Made by a program: the position numbers and the translations under genes
From: Lama guanicoe
Taxonomy: Eukaryota
Direction: 5' to 3'
DNA length: 64,000 nt
NCBI GenBank assembly: GCA_013239625.1
Contig: MU053881.1
Location: 6,099,957-6,163,956, forward strand
Shown here: positions 1 to 13,230 of the stretch, one piece after another
How the letters are laid out: each line of letters opens with the position of its first letter
Numbering within the stretch: the first letter of the stretch is position 1
The notes under the pieces: model-generated
Databases searched by the model: none
The model's input: the letters and a program-made list of their open reading frames with translations, nothing else
What the model was told of the DNA's origin: nothing

Positions 1-1134
1 TTTAATTCAAACATAAGAGGAGCCTATTGACTTAAAAAAAAAAACAAAACTGGGAAATGTTTGGCACTGACTTCAGGTAAGGTTCGATCCAGTAGTTTAA
101 ATGTGTCATTAAGGACTTAGTTTCTAAGAACAAAAGACTCAGTGGCTAAACACCAGTGAGTAGTCTAGTTACTGAGCACATGGTAAGAACATAAGACATT
201 TTTATTGGGAAAAAAAATTGCCCTTAATCTGACATACAGAACAAGTATAAACTTTGATGATTCAGAAGTCAAGATGTGTGGTTGCATACAACAGAAATTA
301 ACTTAGGCAAAAGAAACTTATGGGAAGAACTTTAAGCGGGCTGGAGAATAAGGCTTGAAAGTCGACAGGAATCAATGATTGGCACGGTCAGGTCAGGAAG
401 TGTCATGTCAGCCAATGTAAAGAATCCCAAGGTCAATGGGAAGCATGGAGGAATTGGCACAGAAGAGTGATTTCCTGAAGTCCAAAGATCTGAGAAACCG
501 TAATAATGGGGAATCGATAAGATGTGGAGGGAGCTAGCGTATGGCAAAAGAGTCAAGAATTATCTGCCAGGTCTGAGCCTGGCAGCTGGCATTCACTGAA
601 GTGGAGAGAGGACAGCTTCACCCCACTGCCTTGAGTGGGGGTGGTATGACCGGCGCCATTTGTCCTGCAGAAGGCTCAGCCCAGGCAGCCTGCCCAGGGA
701 ACTGGCCAGAGAGGGATGGGCTAGCAGAGGGTGCCCAGTTTCGTATCGGACGTCAGGGTAATTCCAAACTCTTTTTGGGTACAGAGATGGCCTCCAGAGC
801 CAAGTTCTGGGATGCTCTCTGCCTCTGGCTTCCCGCCACGGGCATCATCTGCAGAGAATATTCAAAGATGTAAACATAATGATTTCATCAAGGTCCGCGT
901 GTCAGGGGACACATGTGTAGGCGATGGCAGCCCATCAAACCGTGGAAATTCTGACCCGAGAGGTTCAGACACAACAATGTGGAGGCTTCCCTCCCCCGCA
1001 TTCCCGCTGGCCTGTGCCCAGTCCTCAAACGTGGTTAATTAATGTAATGAATTATGACAAACGTGTATGGCGCCTCTGATTTGCTGACAGCTGATACAAA
1101 CAGAGGCGGTGGCCAAGAATCCCAATGCGTACAT

Positions 1135-1145
1135 TACACACACAC

Positions 1146-1178
<33 letters not shown>

Positions 1179-1181
1179 CAC
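1135..1181. repeat. (CA)n microsatellite; others at about 19945-19966, 20615-20633 and 38434-38455
   Basis: Direct read. Confidence 0.9.
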
Positions 1182-1694
1182 AACTCCACCAAAAATAGCT
1201 TGCAACTGGGTTTACAATTCAGTGACTTTTCCATCTGTACTGGAACATGGCAAGAAGTGATTGCTGCTTCTAAGCATAAACGGAAGAGTTAGAAATATGT
1301 TGCTCCCTATTTTTATCATTATAAAGCCCTCTTTTCGTCACCGCTGTCTCTCCCTAGGACATACATTCATTGGTTACCTCTATCCAACCCTGCATTCCAT
1401 GAAGGAAGGGACCTGAATTCACTGAGGACCTACTATGTGCCGAGGGCTTTATACACCAAGTCTGAACTCTTGGTTGCAAGCAACAGAACTCCAGTTAAAT
1501 CAGCTTAGGGTACAACAAAAGGGGGTGGGATGTAGAAAGGACCTTGAAATATCTCATAATCTTATAATCAAACAAAAATCGAATATTTAAACCATAAGAA
1601 GCACAGAGAAGAAGCTAGAGCCACTAACTCAAATCCCAGCAGAGCTGAGCAAGCACTCCCCCTCTCTCTCTCTCTCTCATCTCTCTCTATCTTA

Positions 1695-2430
1695 CAATCA
1701 ACTCTCATTTTTCACAGATTCTGTATTTGTGAATTTGACTACTTAGGGAAATTCATTTGCAATCCCCGAATCAATATTTGTGGCATTTCACAGTCATTTG
1801 TGGACATGCATAGAGTGGTGAAAATTTGGGGTTTTCTGATGCACACGTTACCAGCTAAGGTCAAACTTGGTGACATTCTATATGCAGAATAGATGAACAA
1901 GGTTATACTGTATAGCACAGGGAAATATATACAAGATCTTGCGGTAGCTCACAGCGAAAAAAAATGTGACAATGAATATATGTATGTTCATGTATAACTG
2001 AAAAATTGTGCTCTACACAGGAATTTGATACAACATGGTAAAATGACTATAACTCAATAAAAGGTGTTTAAAAAAAAAAACTTGGTGGCACTCTGCTTCC
2101 TGGTCTCAGCTCCTGCATTGTAAAAAAAAAAAAAGTGTCCTTTTTGTACATCTATTTAATTCCGCATTTTTTCTCATTTTGTTGGTGACTTCACTGTTGA
2201 AAATGGTCCCCAAGCAGAGTGCTGAAGGGCCGTCTAGTGATCCTAAGTGCGAGAAGGCTGTGATGTGCCTGATGGAGAAGACGTGTGTTAGATAAGGTTC
2301 GTTCAGGCGTGAGTTATAGCGCTGCTGGCTGCGAGTTTAATGTTAATGAATCAACAATGTATTTTAAATAAGGTGTCTTTAAACAGAAACACGGGTAAAA
2401 CAAGGTTATGTATTGATCAGTTGATGAAAG
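1695..2430. mobile_element. TcMar-Tigger non-autonomous DNA transposon (MER82-like), interrupted by an L1 fragment
   Basis: Recalled consensus motifs such as gtgtgttagataag...ttcaggc..gagttatagcgctg and aaataaggtgtctttaaacagaaacac. Confidence 0.75.
1880..2077 (+). mobile_element. 5'-truncated lineage-specific L1 3' end with poly(A) and a TSD of about 17 bp
   Basis: tatactgtatagcacagggaaatatatacaa...aataaaaggtgtttaaaaaaaaaaa; flanked by aaacttggtgacattct (1863-1879) and aaacttggtggcactct (2078-2094). Confidence 0.85.
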
Positions 2431-3079
2431 GGCAGGAGGATGGAGAGAGGAGCAAGGAGGAAGGAGAGAAGGGGACAAAGCAGTCAGTGAAGTACAGGCT
2501 TTGGTTGCAGACAAAACATAGGATGCCTGAAGAGCCAATTCACTAACTGGGATGGAGGTTCTATTGTGGGAAATAATCATTTGTTAGCTTAAATAAACCC
2601 TTTTGCCTCAATTACATGTAATAGAACACAAAGTTATTGACTCAGCCTGGGGAGGAAGGCAGAAGTTCAAACCCACCACGACTCAAAATTGCAGGAACTA
2701 ATTACCACCAAGGCTTAGGTCAAAGGTTACTGAGGGATTAAAATTGACAGAGGAAACAGACGCAAGAAGGCCTTGACTCTTGAATTAGCTAATTTGCCCC
2801 TCTCTCCTGCCGGCTTACCCTGGCTTCTAGTGGATGTGCTCTCTTGGTTGGCAGGTCCCTCTGCCCAACAAAGCCACTGTTTGCAACCGTCTCTGGCTAA
2901 GCTGAACCTTCATTCCACTTAAGACCTGCTCCAGGCTGTCTGGAGGTACAGGAAGCAAGTGTCAGAATGCACTGGGGGTTGAGGGAAAGCAACAAAGAGG
3001 GGCTGATTTCTCACAATAATCACAGCATTAGTCGAGCACCCACTATGTCCCAGGCAGTGGGCTGAGAGCTTCGGACACC

Positions 3080-3440
3080 AGGAAGCAAAAAAGCTATCAG
3101 AACGCTAAAGCAATGACAAAAGGACATAAGAAGCACCTGAAGGAGTCCTCACTGGCCAAAGATGGAAGAACTTGACCTTTACAAAGTCTAATCATCGCCA
3201 TAGATTTAAAGACATTTAAGTTTCTTAAAATTCCCACAGTGATAATCAAAAATGTCAGTCATCTTTGGATGATGCTGGTTAATTATTCTGAAAACAGGTA
3301 AATAAAGAATCAGGTCTTTGTCTTTCCTATATGAATTGTCTCTTGAGGGTAACTGAATAGTTGATGGAGAAAAGTTCATGGTTAAGGAGGAATCCCAGTC
3401 AACCAATGCAGAAAAAAATGATAGAAAATCACTATTTTTC
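3080..3440 (+). mobile_element. Ancient L1M (L1MC-like) fragment
   Basis: cactggccaaagatggaa...ttctgaaaacaggtaaataaag motifs; a similar fragment lies at about 51180-51510. Confidence 0.5.
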
Positions 3441-3466
3441 CACTGTCCTGAAAGAGTGGATCCAGG

Positions 3467-3641
3467 CCAAAGGTTTTCAACCTCAGCACAGCTGACACTT
3501 TGGACCAGGTAATGCTTTGATGTAGGGCCTGCTCTGTACATTGTATGATGTTTAGCAGCTTCCAGCTATGACACCTGAAAGTGTCCCCACACCCAGCCAA
3601 GCGAACCTGGGAGATGAAATCACGCTGGTTGGGAAGCACTG
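3467..3641. mobile_element. MER20-like hAT element
   Basis: ttcaacctcagcacagctgacactttggaccaggtaat...gtacattgtatgatgtttagcagc...gggaagcactg. Confidence 0.7.
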
Positions 3642-6068
3642 ATGCCGGTCATGGTCCTCAGCGGCTGCTAAAACCATGAGGTGAAAACCAGAGGTGCTTG
3701 TGGAAGGCGTGGTACCCAGCGCCATCATCCGTGCCCCTCAGCCTGGGCCCCTGACTTTGGCCAACCAAGTTGCCATTCCTGTGCTGAAATCATAAATCTC
3801 TCTTGGCCTTTTTCTGTGTTTTCCCGGAGGCTATGCACTCTTAGCCAGGCCTTTTCACGTGCTGCTGCTTCTACCCAGAAGATTTCACCTCTTCCACCAC
3901 CTTCTATTCCTGCCAATATTTCCTCATTCTTTTGGGTCTCAGCTTCCAGGACTCTTCCTCCAGGAAGTCGTCACTGACTCCCGCTTTGTATCATCTTTGC
4001 CCGTTGTGTCACTCATCACAGTGTGTGGTCATTGTTAACAGTTGTTCTTCTCAATAAGACTCTTGGGGGCAGAGACTGCAGATTTACTGCTTTATCTCCA
4101 AGGAATCCAGTATAGAGCAGGCACTCAAAATGTTGCAAGCAGGAAGGGAGGAGGAAGGAGGGCAGAAAGGAGGCATGACCTTGTGCTTTCTTAGCGCTGG
4201 TGTATGCACTTGGCTTGAGCATCGAATTGTGTGTGACTGACTGTTCCTGTGTGTACAGAGTGGGGTGCGTGTCCACAGGGACACACGTGCACAGTGTAGG
4301 AGTGCCGTGCAAAAATGGGGGCTATGGAAGCCCCAGCCTTGATTGTCCCGCCTGTCTCCCCTCCCAGCTGTACCTCCCATCACTCCACCTTGCCCCTCCT
4401 GGCTCCTGCCATGCCATAGTCTGTAAGCCTCCATACCTTTTTGCTTCCCTCTGCTTTGCACCTGCTGTTCCTTCTGCCTGGAGCGCCCTTCCCCACTTTT
4501 TCCTTGCAGTTAAGTCTCCATTCAGCCTTCCAGAGTCTCCTGACCCCTCACTTCTTTCCCAGTTAGTCGGCCAGTCCCCTGTGCACTCAGGGCTTCTGGG
4601 CGCTACTGCACGCTCTTCTCTTACTGTTTTATAGTCCCCCTGCTCACAGCATTCAACCTCTTGCGGTGCCCCCATGGGACTGTGTTGGGGCGCCTCTGTG
4701 CTGCCCGCTGTGGAAGGCAGGCTTGCAGCCAGCGTTCCAGGAATGTTTTCGGATTGAGACTATGTATTTGTGCATGAGTGTAGCGCTTAGAGGTGCGTGG
4801 GTTGGACTAGATTGGAGTCTTCACACTGTTTTCTCATGAACCCCCTTAAATAAGGTCTATCTTTTCAGTAGAAACCATGTCATATGCAATTAATTTTTTC
4901 TAAATCTAATAAATACACACTACGAATGAATAAATGAGCAGCAACAAGTGATAGCAAATAAGAGATTTTACACCCAGGTGGAAAAGGAACCTGGATTTAT
5001 GGTAACCAGTAAACTTTTTGCAGAAGTTAAATGAAAATATTTAAAATATTTCCCCTACAAGCCTTAATACACGTTCAAGAAAAGCCAAAACATGAATTTT
5101 CCTCTGATACGAGGTGTTTTACTCAAAGACGACCTATAGGAAATCATTTTGGAACATTTCCCTTTTGGAATCGGGCAAAATATTCCCCCCAGAGACAAAG
5201 GACCAAGGAAGGGATGAAGAGAAACACAGGAGGCTCTTTTTCATCACTGAGAATGGTGACACAGCGGGACCCAGTCCACCCAGCCTGGCATTTCAAAGAA
5301 TGCCTTTTCCAAATCTTGAATGTTGTCACTCCAAGATGGTTTGGTGGGTAAATAGATGGATGGATGGAGAGGTCAATCATGGGATTTAGACGTGAGTGTG
5401 TGTCCCCTAAACAAAATAAGTTTCTGCCACATTAATATTTCTTTTGTTTTCACAAGACCATCCCTTAGTAGTGAACACATTCCAGACAATATTGGGGGAA
5501 TAAAAGAGGCAAGGGAATTAAAGAAAAATTGTCAGTGCTCCCACTCCACCCCACAGCGCAATATGCATGAGTTCAGGACAACCCCACCTGCACTAAAACA
5601 GGATCCCCACTTTGCTGTTACAAACTGGATCAATGTTAAGATTGACCCGACCACACACTCACGGCACCAGGATTCAAGGGGGCTCCTCACACTGATGCCG
5701 TCCCTTCATTCCACCCTCTGGAGTTTTCTGAACCCAGGAAATGGCTGCAGTGAGACGCAGGGACGGTGAGAGGTGTGCCTTTTTACTGTAAAGTGGAGGA
5801 GGGACTTTGTGGGAAGGGCGGCAGGAAAGGGATCAAGGAAACCACAAGGAGATGCTCCAGCAGATCAGCTTAGGGAAGAGCACTGGGAAGCTGAGGACCT
5901 GCAAATCAATTCCCGTGACATTATTGTACCCATGGGCCTCTCGGAAAGCTCTCGCATAGCCCGCGGTGTGTGCATCTCCAGTCTGAAGGCCCTCGGTGGG
6001 AACACATGCCCTCACACAGTAGGATAAGATGGGTAGGGAGGAGAATGAGAGGAGAAGAACGGTGCAGA

Positions 6069-6249
6069 CCAGTGGTTCTCTCAGGGCAGTCCCCAGGCCA
6101 GCAGCATCGGTATATCCACTGGGATCTTGCACATTCTTGGGCTCACCCAAGACCTATCGAGGCAGAACCTGTAGGGGTGAGGCCTCGCAGTCTGCAGGTT
6201 AACAAGCCGTTCTGGGGACTCTGATGCATACCCAAGTGGACAACACTGG
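6069..6249. mobile_element. MER5A-like hAT element
   Basis: cagtggttctc...ccagcagcatc...ttaacaagcc...ctgatgca...acaacactg. Confidence 0.65.
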
Positions 6250-6255
6250 GGCAGA

Positions 6256-6770
6256 TTTTTTTTTGCTTTTACCCCTTTCTTCTGGTAATAACACTTCCAT
6301 ATTCCTTTGGAAAAACCACCCCTCCACCCCTTTCAAACCTGATAGTGGGTGGAACCGGCCTGTGGCTCCCCACCCCAGCTGCAAGGACTTGCCCATGACC
6401 TAGGCCTTGTCACTGAAATATTCTATCTTCCTGAGCACAATGATTGGTTTAAAGATATGCAGGAGAGAGAATTGATCCAATCAGAATCAGCCTTGGGACT
6501 TTTACTAAAGCCTGTGAAAAATGTATGTTCCTTTCTCCCTGAAGTTGTGAAGCCAGTAGGATGTAAGAGCTACCGGGAAAATCTTCCTGAGAAGGAAGCC
6601 AACAAAGCAGAAAGCTGGGAGAAGAGACTGAGCACCTGGATCCAGCTTTGCCTGAAGTCAGAGGCCTGTGCACTTTTCTGTTACACAAGTCAATATATCT
6701 CCTTATTAGCTTAAGCCAGTTTTCATGTGTTTCTGTCAGTGGTAGCCAAAGAACCTGGAATGACACAGAG
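6256..6770 (+). mobile_element. MLT1 (ERVL-MaLR) solo LTR remnant; related pieces at about 13450-13910 and 16260-16555
   Basis: cacctggatccagctttgcctgaagtcag...cttaagccagttt...tctgtcagtggtagccaaagaacc 3' LTR motifs. Confidence 0.65.
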
Positions 6771-9769
6771 ACAGACGTGGAGGGTCAGGAGGAGTGGAGA
6801 GGTAAAATTCTAGAACCCAGTGGATCTAGTTTCAAATCCTGACTTCCCTACTTACTGAGTGACTTTGAACATGTCACTTTGCCTCTCTGATTCTCTGTCC
6901 TTGGATAGAACAATGTAATACTAGCTCCCTGGAGGGCTGCTTTGTAGTCATGAGAGTCATGTGCAGGATTCAGGGCGTCTGACAGGTGACCTTGACCAAG
7001 CCTTGACCTTCTTGGAGCCTCGTTTTCCTCATTGGTAGGAAGCAGACAAAAATAACTATCTAGAGGATTGTGGTGAGAATTAAATAAGAGAACTGGGTAA
7101 AGTGCCCACACAAAGCTGGTACTCAATAGGAGACAATTCGCCCTGTGCGGCTTGGGCGAATGAAACTTCAGTCTGTGACAATCTTTTAAAATCAGCCAGC
7201 ACCTCTGACCCGCCCCAGAGGCCACAAGGAGGCCTGCAGCTGCAGTGGTCAGCCTAGCAGTCTGGAACATTCGAAGAGTTGCTTCTTCCGCAAGCAAGCT
7301 GAGGAGCTGGGTAGAAATTCTAGCAAGTGCTAATTAGGTCCGTGAAGCTGCCCGAGGGAGGGGAGGAATGCCTGGCTAATTACTGGCCTGCTCTGCAGGG
7401 GGGCCACACACCGGGGCTACCTGCCGCCTGCTCTCCTTGCCAGAGCTGAAAACCTCAGCCAGGGGCCAGGCGGTTCCGGGACAGGACGGCAAGGGTGAGC
7501 CTCACCGCCATCTGGTCCCCGACTCCCCGCCTAATGTTTGTAACAGACCCACTACCTAATTGCATGGTTGGGGGGCAGCCTTCACATCTTTAGCACTTAA
7601 TTCACTACTGTTTCTTTGGAAGCCCCCATCCTGTGGCTGCAGAGGGAGGGCTCTGCCCGTTTATGGGGATTTCAAGCCCTGGGCATCCCAGCCCAGCCTT
7701 GTTAGGCTCCAGCAGGGCAGGCAGCCAGGAGAGCATCTCATTCCTGCACTCAGCCTGGGGCTTTACACGTCGCCCCCTCAAGCCCTGCCCAGCCCCTCAG
7801 CTCACCTGGCTGGAAGGAACACCTCTAGACCCAGCCTCTCCTGGTTGTCAGGCCCTCCCCACCCACCCACCCGGTAAAGACACTTTACTTCTCTCACCCC
7901 AAGTTTTGGTGCTTTAGTCCCTCTCCACTCCAGCAAAAGTAGAGATGAAGGGAATGGTGGGGAAGTGGAACGTGGGATGCCAGCCTGGATTCAAATCTGG
8001 TTCCGCCACCTTCGACCATGAGACCCAGGGCCAACTGTGCTCTTCTGTGGGCCCAGTTACCCCATTTACAAAAGGGGCCTCCTGACAACTATCTTGCAAG
8101 GTTCTTGTGAGACCGTAGTAATATGATCATAGTAATAGCCAAGGTACCAGGAGCTTACTCTGCTCCAGGAACCATCCTGCACAAGACCTGTGCACTTCAC
8201 TGTGATCACAAGGGTCCGTAGGTGCTTGATAGATTTCACTTTCCTCTTCTACCCTAGTTCTTGGGGGAATGGGTGGCTGTAGAGGAAGGAGATTGAATCC
8301 AAACAATGCCCAAGGATGGGGCAGGTGGGTAGAGAGCACACCCGTCCCCAAACCCACTTCTCTCCCTGATGGGGGAACTGATCCTACCGTTCTTGCCTGC
8401 TGGCTCCTTGAAACGCTAGGCAAGGGACCGTCTTTATTCACTTCGCGCACTCAGGCACATGGCCCCCCTGTGGGGGTCGGGGGGCAGAAGGTGAGGGTCC
8501 AGGATCAAGAGACCTCTACTTCTCTGGGTCAGAGACATGAACATGGGAAGGATGCTAAGAGTGACCTGGCTGGCTGCTGGATGGGACCTTTTGACCTCCC
8601 TGGAAGAGCCCTGACTCCCCTCCTTTGCGGTACCCCACTGTATCTATTATCATCTAAATGGGCTTTTTTATTAACTCGCCTGGTACCCTCGTGAGAGTCA
8701 CTTCCACTGTCTGAGTTGTGGTTCCTTCCTCTCTAAATAAATGAGGTTGAAAGGAGATGGAGAGAAAAAACTGAAGACAAAACAACTGACTTCCGGCTCT
8801 TACTGGGCAGGAATAGCCTCCAGTTATTTGCTCTGCTACCTCTTTTGAACATTATATGGGCCTCGCAAGGTAAAAACAATTGGATTGACGAGGGATACCG
8901 CTCACAGAAAAGACACGACGTGCTCGAGGTCACACAGCTGGCAAAATGGCCAAGTGGACAACAAACTCAGGTGCTTTAGGTTCCAGATCCCAGTCACCTC
9001 GGGGACCCTAGATCCAGAGGGTCGGGGACGGGCTATCATTAGGCACCTGGAAATGTGGTTTATTTCTACCTCCTCCCTCTGGAGGGTTAGGAGATGATGG
9101 ATACTGGGGCAGCATCAGAGGGCTGCGGGGAAAGACTGAAACTCTGCTCAGGTACCGAGGGCTCCAAGCATCCAGGCTGGCATCGAGCCACAGGTTTAGG
9201 GACGGACGGATGTGGGTTCACATCCCAGCCCTTATGTAACCTCAGAGAATTGACTCCACCTCTCAGAGCCCGCTCTATGAAGTGAGGCTAAAAATGCCCA
9301 CCCCAAAGTCTGGTTGGGTGGATTCAGTAAGATTGTGCATGGTACTCAGTAGGTGCTTCAAAAGTGGTGGCTGTTATTACTGGGGTTCCATTCAGCTGGA
9401 CTGTGGAAACACTCACTCAGGTTCTCCCTCAGGCGAGCATCCTAAGACATCATCCTTGGCTGGGAAATCTTCCCGCCAGTCCACTGTGCTTATCATTAGC
9501 ATATTTCTCATAGCTCGGGAAATGTTCAGAAATCTCTGTCCACATCTTCCAAAGTCAGACCCAGACAGGGTTAGTGACTTGCTCCAGGGCACGTAGCAAG
9601 TCTCTAGAGGGCCAAGAAAAGGAAATCACCACTGGCCTTGTGGCCCCTGGGATGGAGCAAAGGCAAGGTGTTGGGTGCTGGAGGTGCCGGCAGCCTGCGG
9701 GATGAGGAGGGAGGCCCAAGAATGTGCTAGGGCAGGAGGCTGGCAAAGCCAGCAGCAGGAGGCAGTGCA

Positions 9770-10310
9770 GGGTCATTGTGGCCTCAGCCCCAGGCTGGAG
9801 TCCACTCATCCTTCTCCACACAGTAGCCAGAGCAGTCCCTTTAAAGTATAAGGCGCATCACATGTGGCTCCCCATCTCACTCCAAATAAAAGTTCAAGTT
9901 GTGGTGTGGCCCCCTCCACAACTCTGCCTCCCTCCCCCATTCATTATGTAACAGCCCCACTGGCCCCTCCTTGTTCTGTGACAGACCTCCAGGCCTTAGC
10001 ACTCTCTATTCCCTCTGCCTGGAATGCTCTTCCCTTCAGTGTTTCCCTGAATCCTCCTCCGGAGGCCCTCCCTGACCACTCTACCTAAAACAGCAGCCCC
10101 ATCACCTCTATCCCCTCACTCTTTGTGATTTTTCCTCATGATTTACCACTATCTGACATTGTATTTTATAATGTATCTTCTCCAATGAAATGTGAGCTCC
10201 ATGAGGGCAGGGGTTCTGCTGAGTTCACTGGGGTATCTCCAGGCCCTGGAACAGCATCTGGCACAGAGTAAACAATACACCTTTATTGCTTGAATGGATG
10301 AATACTTGAA
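9770..10310 (+). mobile_element. L2 LINE 3' fragment
   Basis: ccctctgcctggaatgctctt...tgtgagctccatgagggcaggg...ggcacagagta...tgaatggatgaa. Confidence 0.75.
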
Positions 10311-11579
10311 TTCTGGGGCCATGATTTTCTAGCTTGGATGGCTTTGGGCAGGTCATTTCACTTCTCTGAAACTTCCAATGCAAAGCGCAGTACATGTTCT
10401 TCTTGTAAGGTTATTGTTTAAATTAAATAATAGAGGGTGAAGAGAACTGACACATAATAGGTACTCAATAAATGACAGCCACTATCATGATTGTTATCAC
10501 CAAGGGTCTCGGACTCTGTCACCTGCTCACTGAGGCCTTGGGCACGTCAGTGAGCTCTCTGAGCCTCGGTCTGTTCATCTGTGACACGTGGAAGTTAGGA
10601 GTACCTCTGCCCCCACACACAGGACGTCTGCTGGATGCCTAGGTGGTGGACATGAGCACCTAGCAGGGGGTCTGACACCCTGTAGGCACTCACCAAGTGG
10701 TAGCCACTGCAGTCCTGGTGAGTCTAGGATTTGGATACCAGCCCCACCACTTATCCTGTGACCGTGGGGAGGCAGCTAAACTTTTCTGAGTCTCCTCGTC
10801 CATAAAATACGGATAATGGTAATACCTTCCTCGCAAGCTACCCGGAGGTCACAGTGAGACTGTGCACCTGAAAGGGCTTCACAGAGCCCTACGGGTATGT
10901 GCTGTGACAGGCAGAAGGGCAGACCATAGACAGGCAGGACAGGGCCCAGGGATGAAGGACAGAACCCAGAGCTGTGCTTGGCCGGAGCCCCGAGGCAGGT
11001 CACAGACGGAGAACACACCTCGGAAGCAGCCAAGCCCCCTCCCTGCCCAGGAGCCCTCTGCAGAGAAGGAGGCCCTGCCCCCCACCCTCACCCCCTGCCC
11101 CTGCCCCTGCCCCTGCCCTCTCTCCTCCTGAGCGCCTCATCGGGGAACCTCAAGAAAGGCCATTCTCGGCAGGGGCCCTTTTCAAGGGAGGTAGGTGATG
11201 GCAGGAGGACCCTAGAAGAGGCAACTTCAGTCAACCTCCTGCCTCAGTCAACCTCCTGCCCAATCTACTTTCCACCCCAAGACTAACCTAGCCTCTCCCC
11301 ACCTCCTGGGAAAAGGAGGGGAAAGCCCTAGAAGAGAAGGCCTGGAAGTTCACGAGCCAGACACTCTCTAAGTGCTCCAGCCCGTGAAAGTCCGAGGAGA
11401 GAAACATCAGGCCCCTTTCTGACCTGGGCCCTCTGACCCCTCCGCCGAGAATTCCGAAGAAGGAGGCTGGGGACCACCACTGCCTTGTTCAGCCTCTGTC
11501 CCGCAAAGCCTAGGTGTGGACTCCACAAATCAGCAGTCCCTAAACTGCAAACTCCACAAGGCATGACTTTTTTTTTTTT

Positions 11580-12020
11580 TTTGGTCTATTTTGTTCTTTG
11601 ATAAAGTCTCAGTACCTAAAAGAGTGCCCGGCACTTAGCAAGTGCTTGATAAATATATGTTGAATAAGTGATTCCATTAATACATCAATGAATGAAGCAA
11701 TGAATCATTGCCATCAAGAGAACTGCTCTAAGTGAAGTTCCCTGCGGGCTGGGATTGGTTTTCCCTTTGTTTGATAAATCCCCGGTGCCTCGAATAGAGC
11801 CTTGGCACATAGGAGGTGCCGAGTAAACGGGTGTGACAGCACACGTGAACGGAGGACTGAGTCAACCATCGAATCAATGACTCGTTAGAATTTAATCTTT
11901 CTGGAGGTAAGGGTTTCCATCTGCTTTGTTTAAGGCTGCATTCTCAGTGCCTAGAGCAGTGCCTGGTGCATAGCCGGTGTCGGAGGAATGAATGAATGAA
12001 TGAGGAATGAATGAATGAGC
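11580..12020 (+). mobile_element. Three tandem L2 3' ends ending in (GAAT)n
   Basis: Three diverged copies of the cagtgcctagaacagtgcctggcacatag-like motif. Confidence 0.65.
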
Positions 12021-12124
12021 AAGCCCCCCCCACCAGCTCTCAGCGTGAGGACCTCAGACCAAGAAGAATGAAACACAAAGGGCGCCTGAGCCCTGCCCCC
12101 GGCCACCACGCGCCTCATGGTTTT

Positions 12125-12963
12125 TTAAATAATTTGTCGATTGTTTTTAATTGTTGAGGCAGTAATACTTGGTTCATGAAACTGCAATATACAGAGAGGT
12201 GAAATAAATAGCTTATATATATATAATATATATAATATAGCTGGTTTTAAAATATTCCCTTATTCATTGGTGTACTAGGTCACGTGAGTCACGGAAGGTT
12301 GATAGCAGCATCCTCCAGAACTGTGAGCAATGCAGGGTCACCATGATTGGACGAGGCCGTCTGTCGTCGGGGGTCGAGGCGCCGAGAATTCCGGGGGGCA
12401 CACCTTCCCTGCGCGGTGTCTCGGGGCAGCTTGCAGCGGACAATAAATAAATGACTGCAAACCAGAGAGCGATTTTTGTTGGAGTTTGGGGCAGGGGCAG
12501 GGGACTGGGGAAGAGGGGGAGTTTGCTGGGGGAGAAGGGACACTATTTTCTCTTTGTTTCTCTCTCTCTCTCTCTCTCTCTAAAAAAAATTTTTTTTTTT
12601 TTTTAGCTTTCAGAACCTTTGGGAAAAAGGACTTTGGTTTCTCAGAGTGTCGTTTTCCTCATTCAAGTCCTCCTCTGGGGACGAGTTTAGAGTTGTCTGT
12701 TCCTAGAGAGACACAAGCACCTGTGCGTTGACAACGGTCCCTTGTGTGAGTCTTTTGTCGTAGGGGGTTTCAAGTCGACAGTAAAATCCTTATCGCTCCC
12801 CCTCCCCCAGGAATTTTGGTTCAGTTTTTGTCTTCTTTTAAACACAATGTACAAAAATAGAAATTCTTCCTTATTTTTCATGTAAAAATATTCCTCTGAT
12901 TGCAGTTCTCTGTGAGTGTGAGTGTGGGCTGGGACAGCCCGGTGGGGCCACGGCGGGGCCAGC
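12125..12963 (-). other. FGF18: FGF18 3'UTR with AU-rich element (AUUUAUUUAUU at 12452-12442)
   Basis: Follows the stop codon; repeat-free, with U/A-rich tracts and ARE pentamers; 3' end inferred from ATTAAA. Confidence 0.75.
12146..12151 (-). terminator. FGF18: Probable FGF18 poly(A) signal ATTAAA
   Basis: ATTAAA on the minus strand at the end of the UTR-like block, just before L2-derived sequence starts. Confidence 0.65.
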
Positions 12964-13230
12964 CTAGCCGGGGTGCGTGGGGCGGATCCGCCGGGACCGC
13001 TTGGTCACCGTGGTGTACTTGAAGGGCTTCTGCAGCTCTGCCTGCCCCTTGGGGTAGCGCTTCATGAAGTGCACATCTTGCTGGTTCTCCCGGGTCTTGG
13101 GGCCCTTCCGCGGCCTCCCCTTTTTGGTGAAGCCCACATACCAGCCAGAGTACTTGGCTGACATCAGGGCTGTGTAGTTATTCTCCAGGACCTTCTCGAT
13201 GAACACACACTCTTTGCTGGTGCCATCGGG
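12964..13230 (-). CDS. FGF18: FGF18 coding exon 5 ([34 protein letters not shown]...RRIRPTHPG*)
   Basis: Acceptor ccacag; 267 nt ending in TAG at 12966-12964; the five exons sum to 624 nt = 207 aa + stop. Confidence 0.98.
   Translation of the reverse strand, partial: PDGTSKECVFIEKVLENNYTALMSAKYSGWYVGFTKKGRPRKGPKTRENQQDVHFMKRYPKGQAELQKPFKYTTVTKRSRRIRPTHPG

Noticed and set aside
7505..7518. CTCF-like GGACCAGATGGCGG
   Set aside because: Lacks the 5' CC of the core; too weak to call without ChIP data
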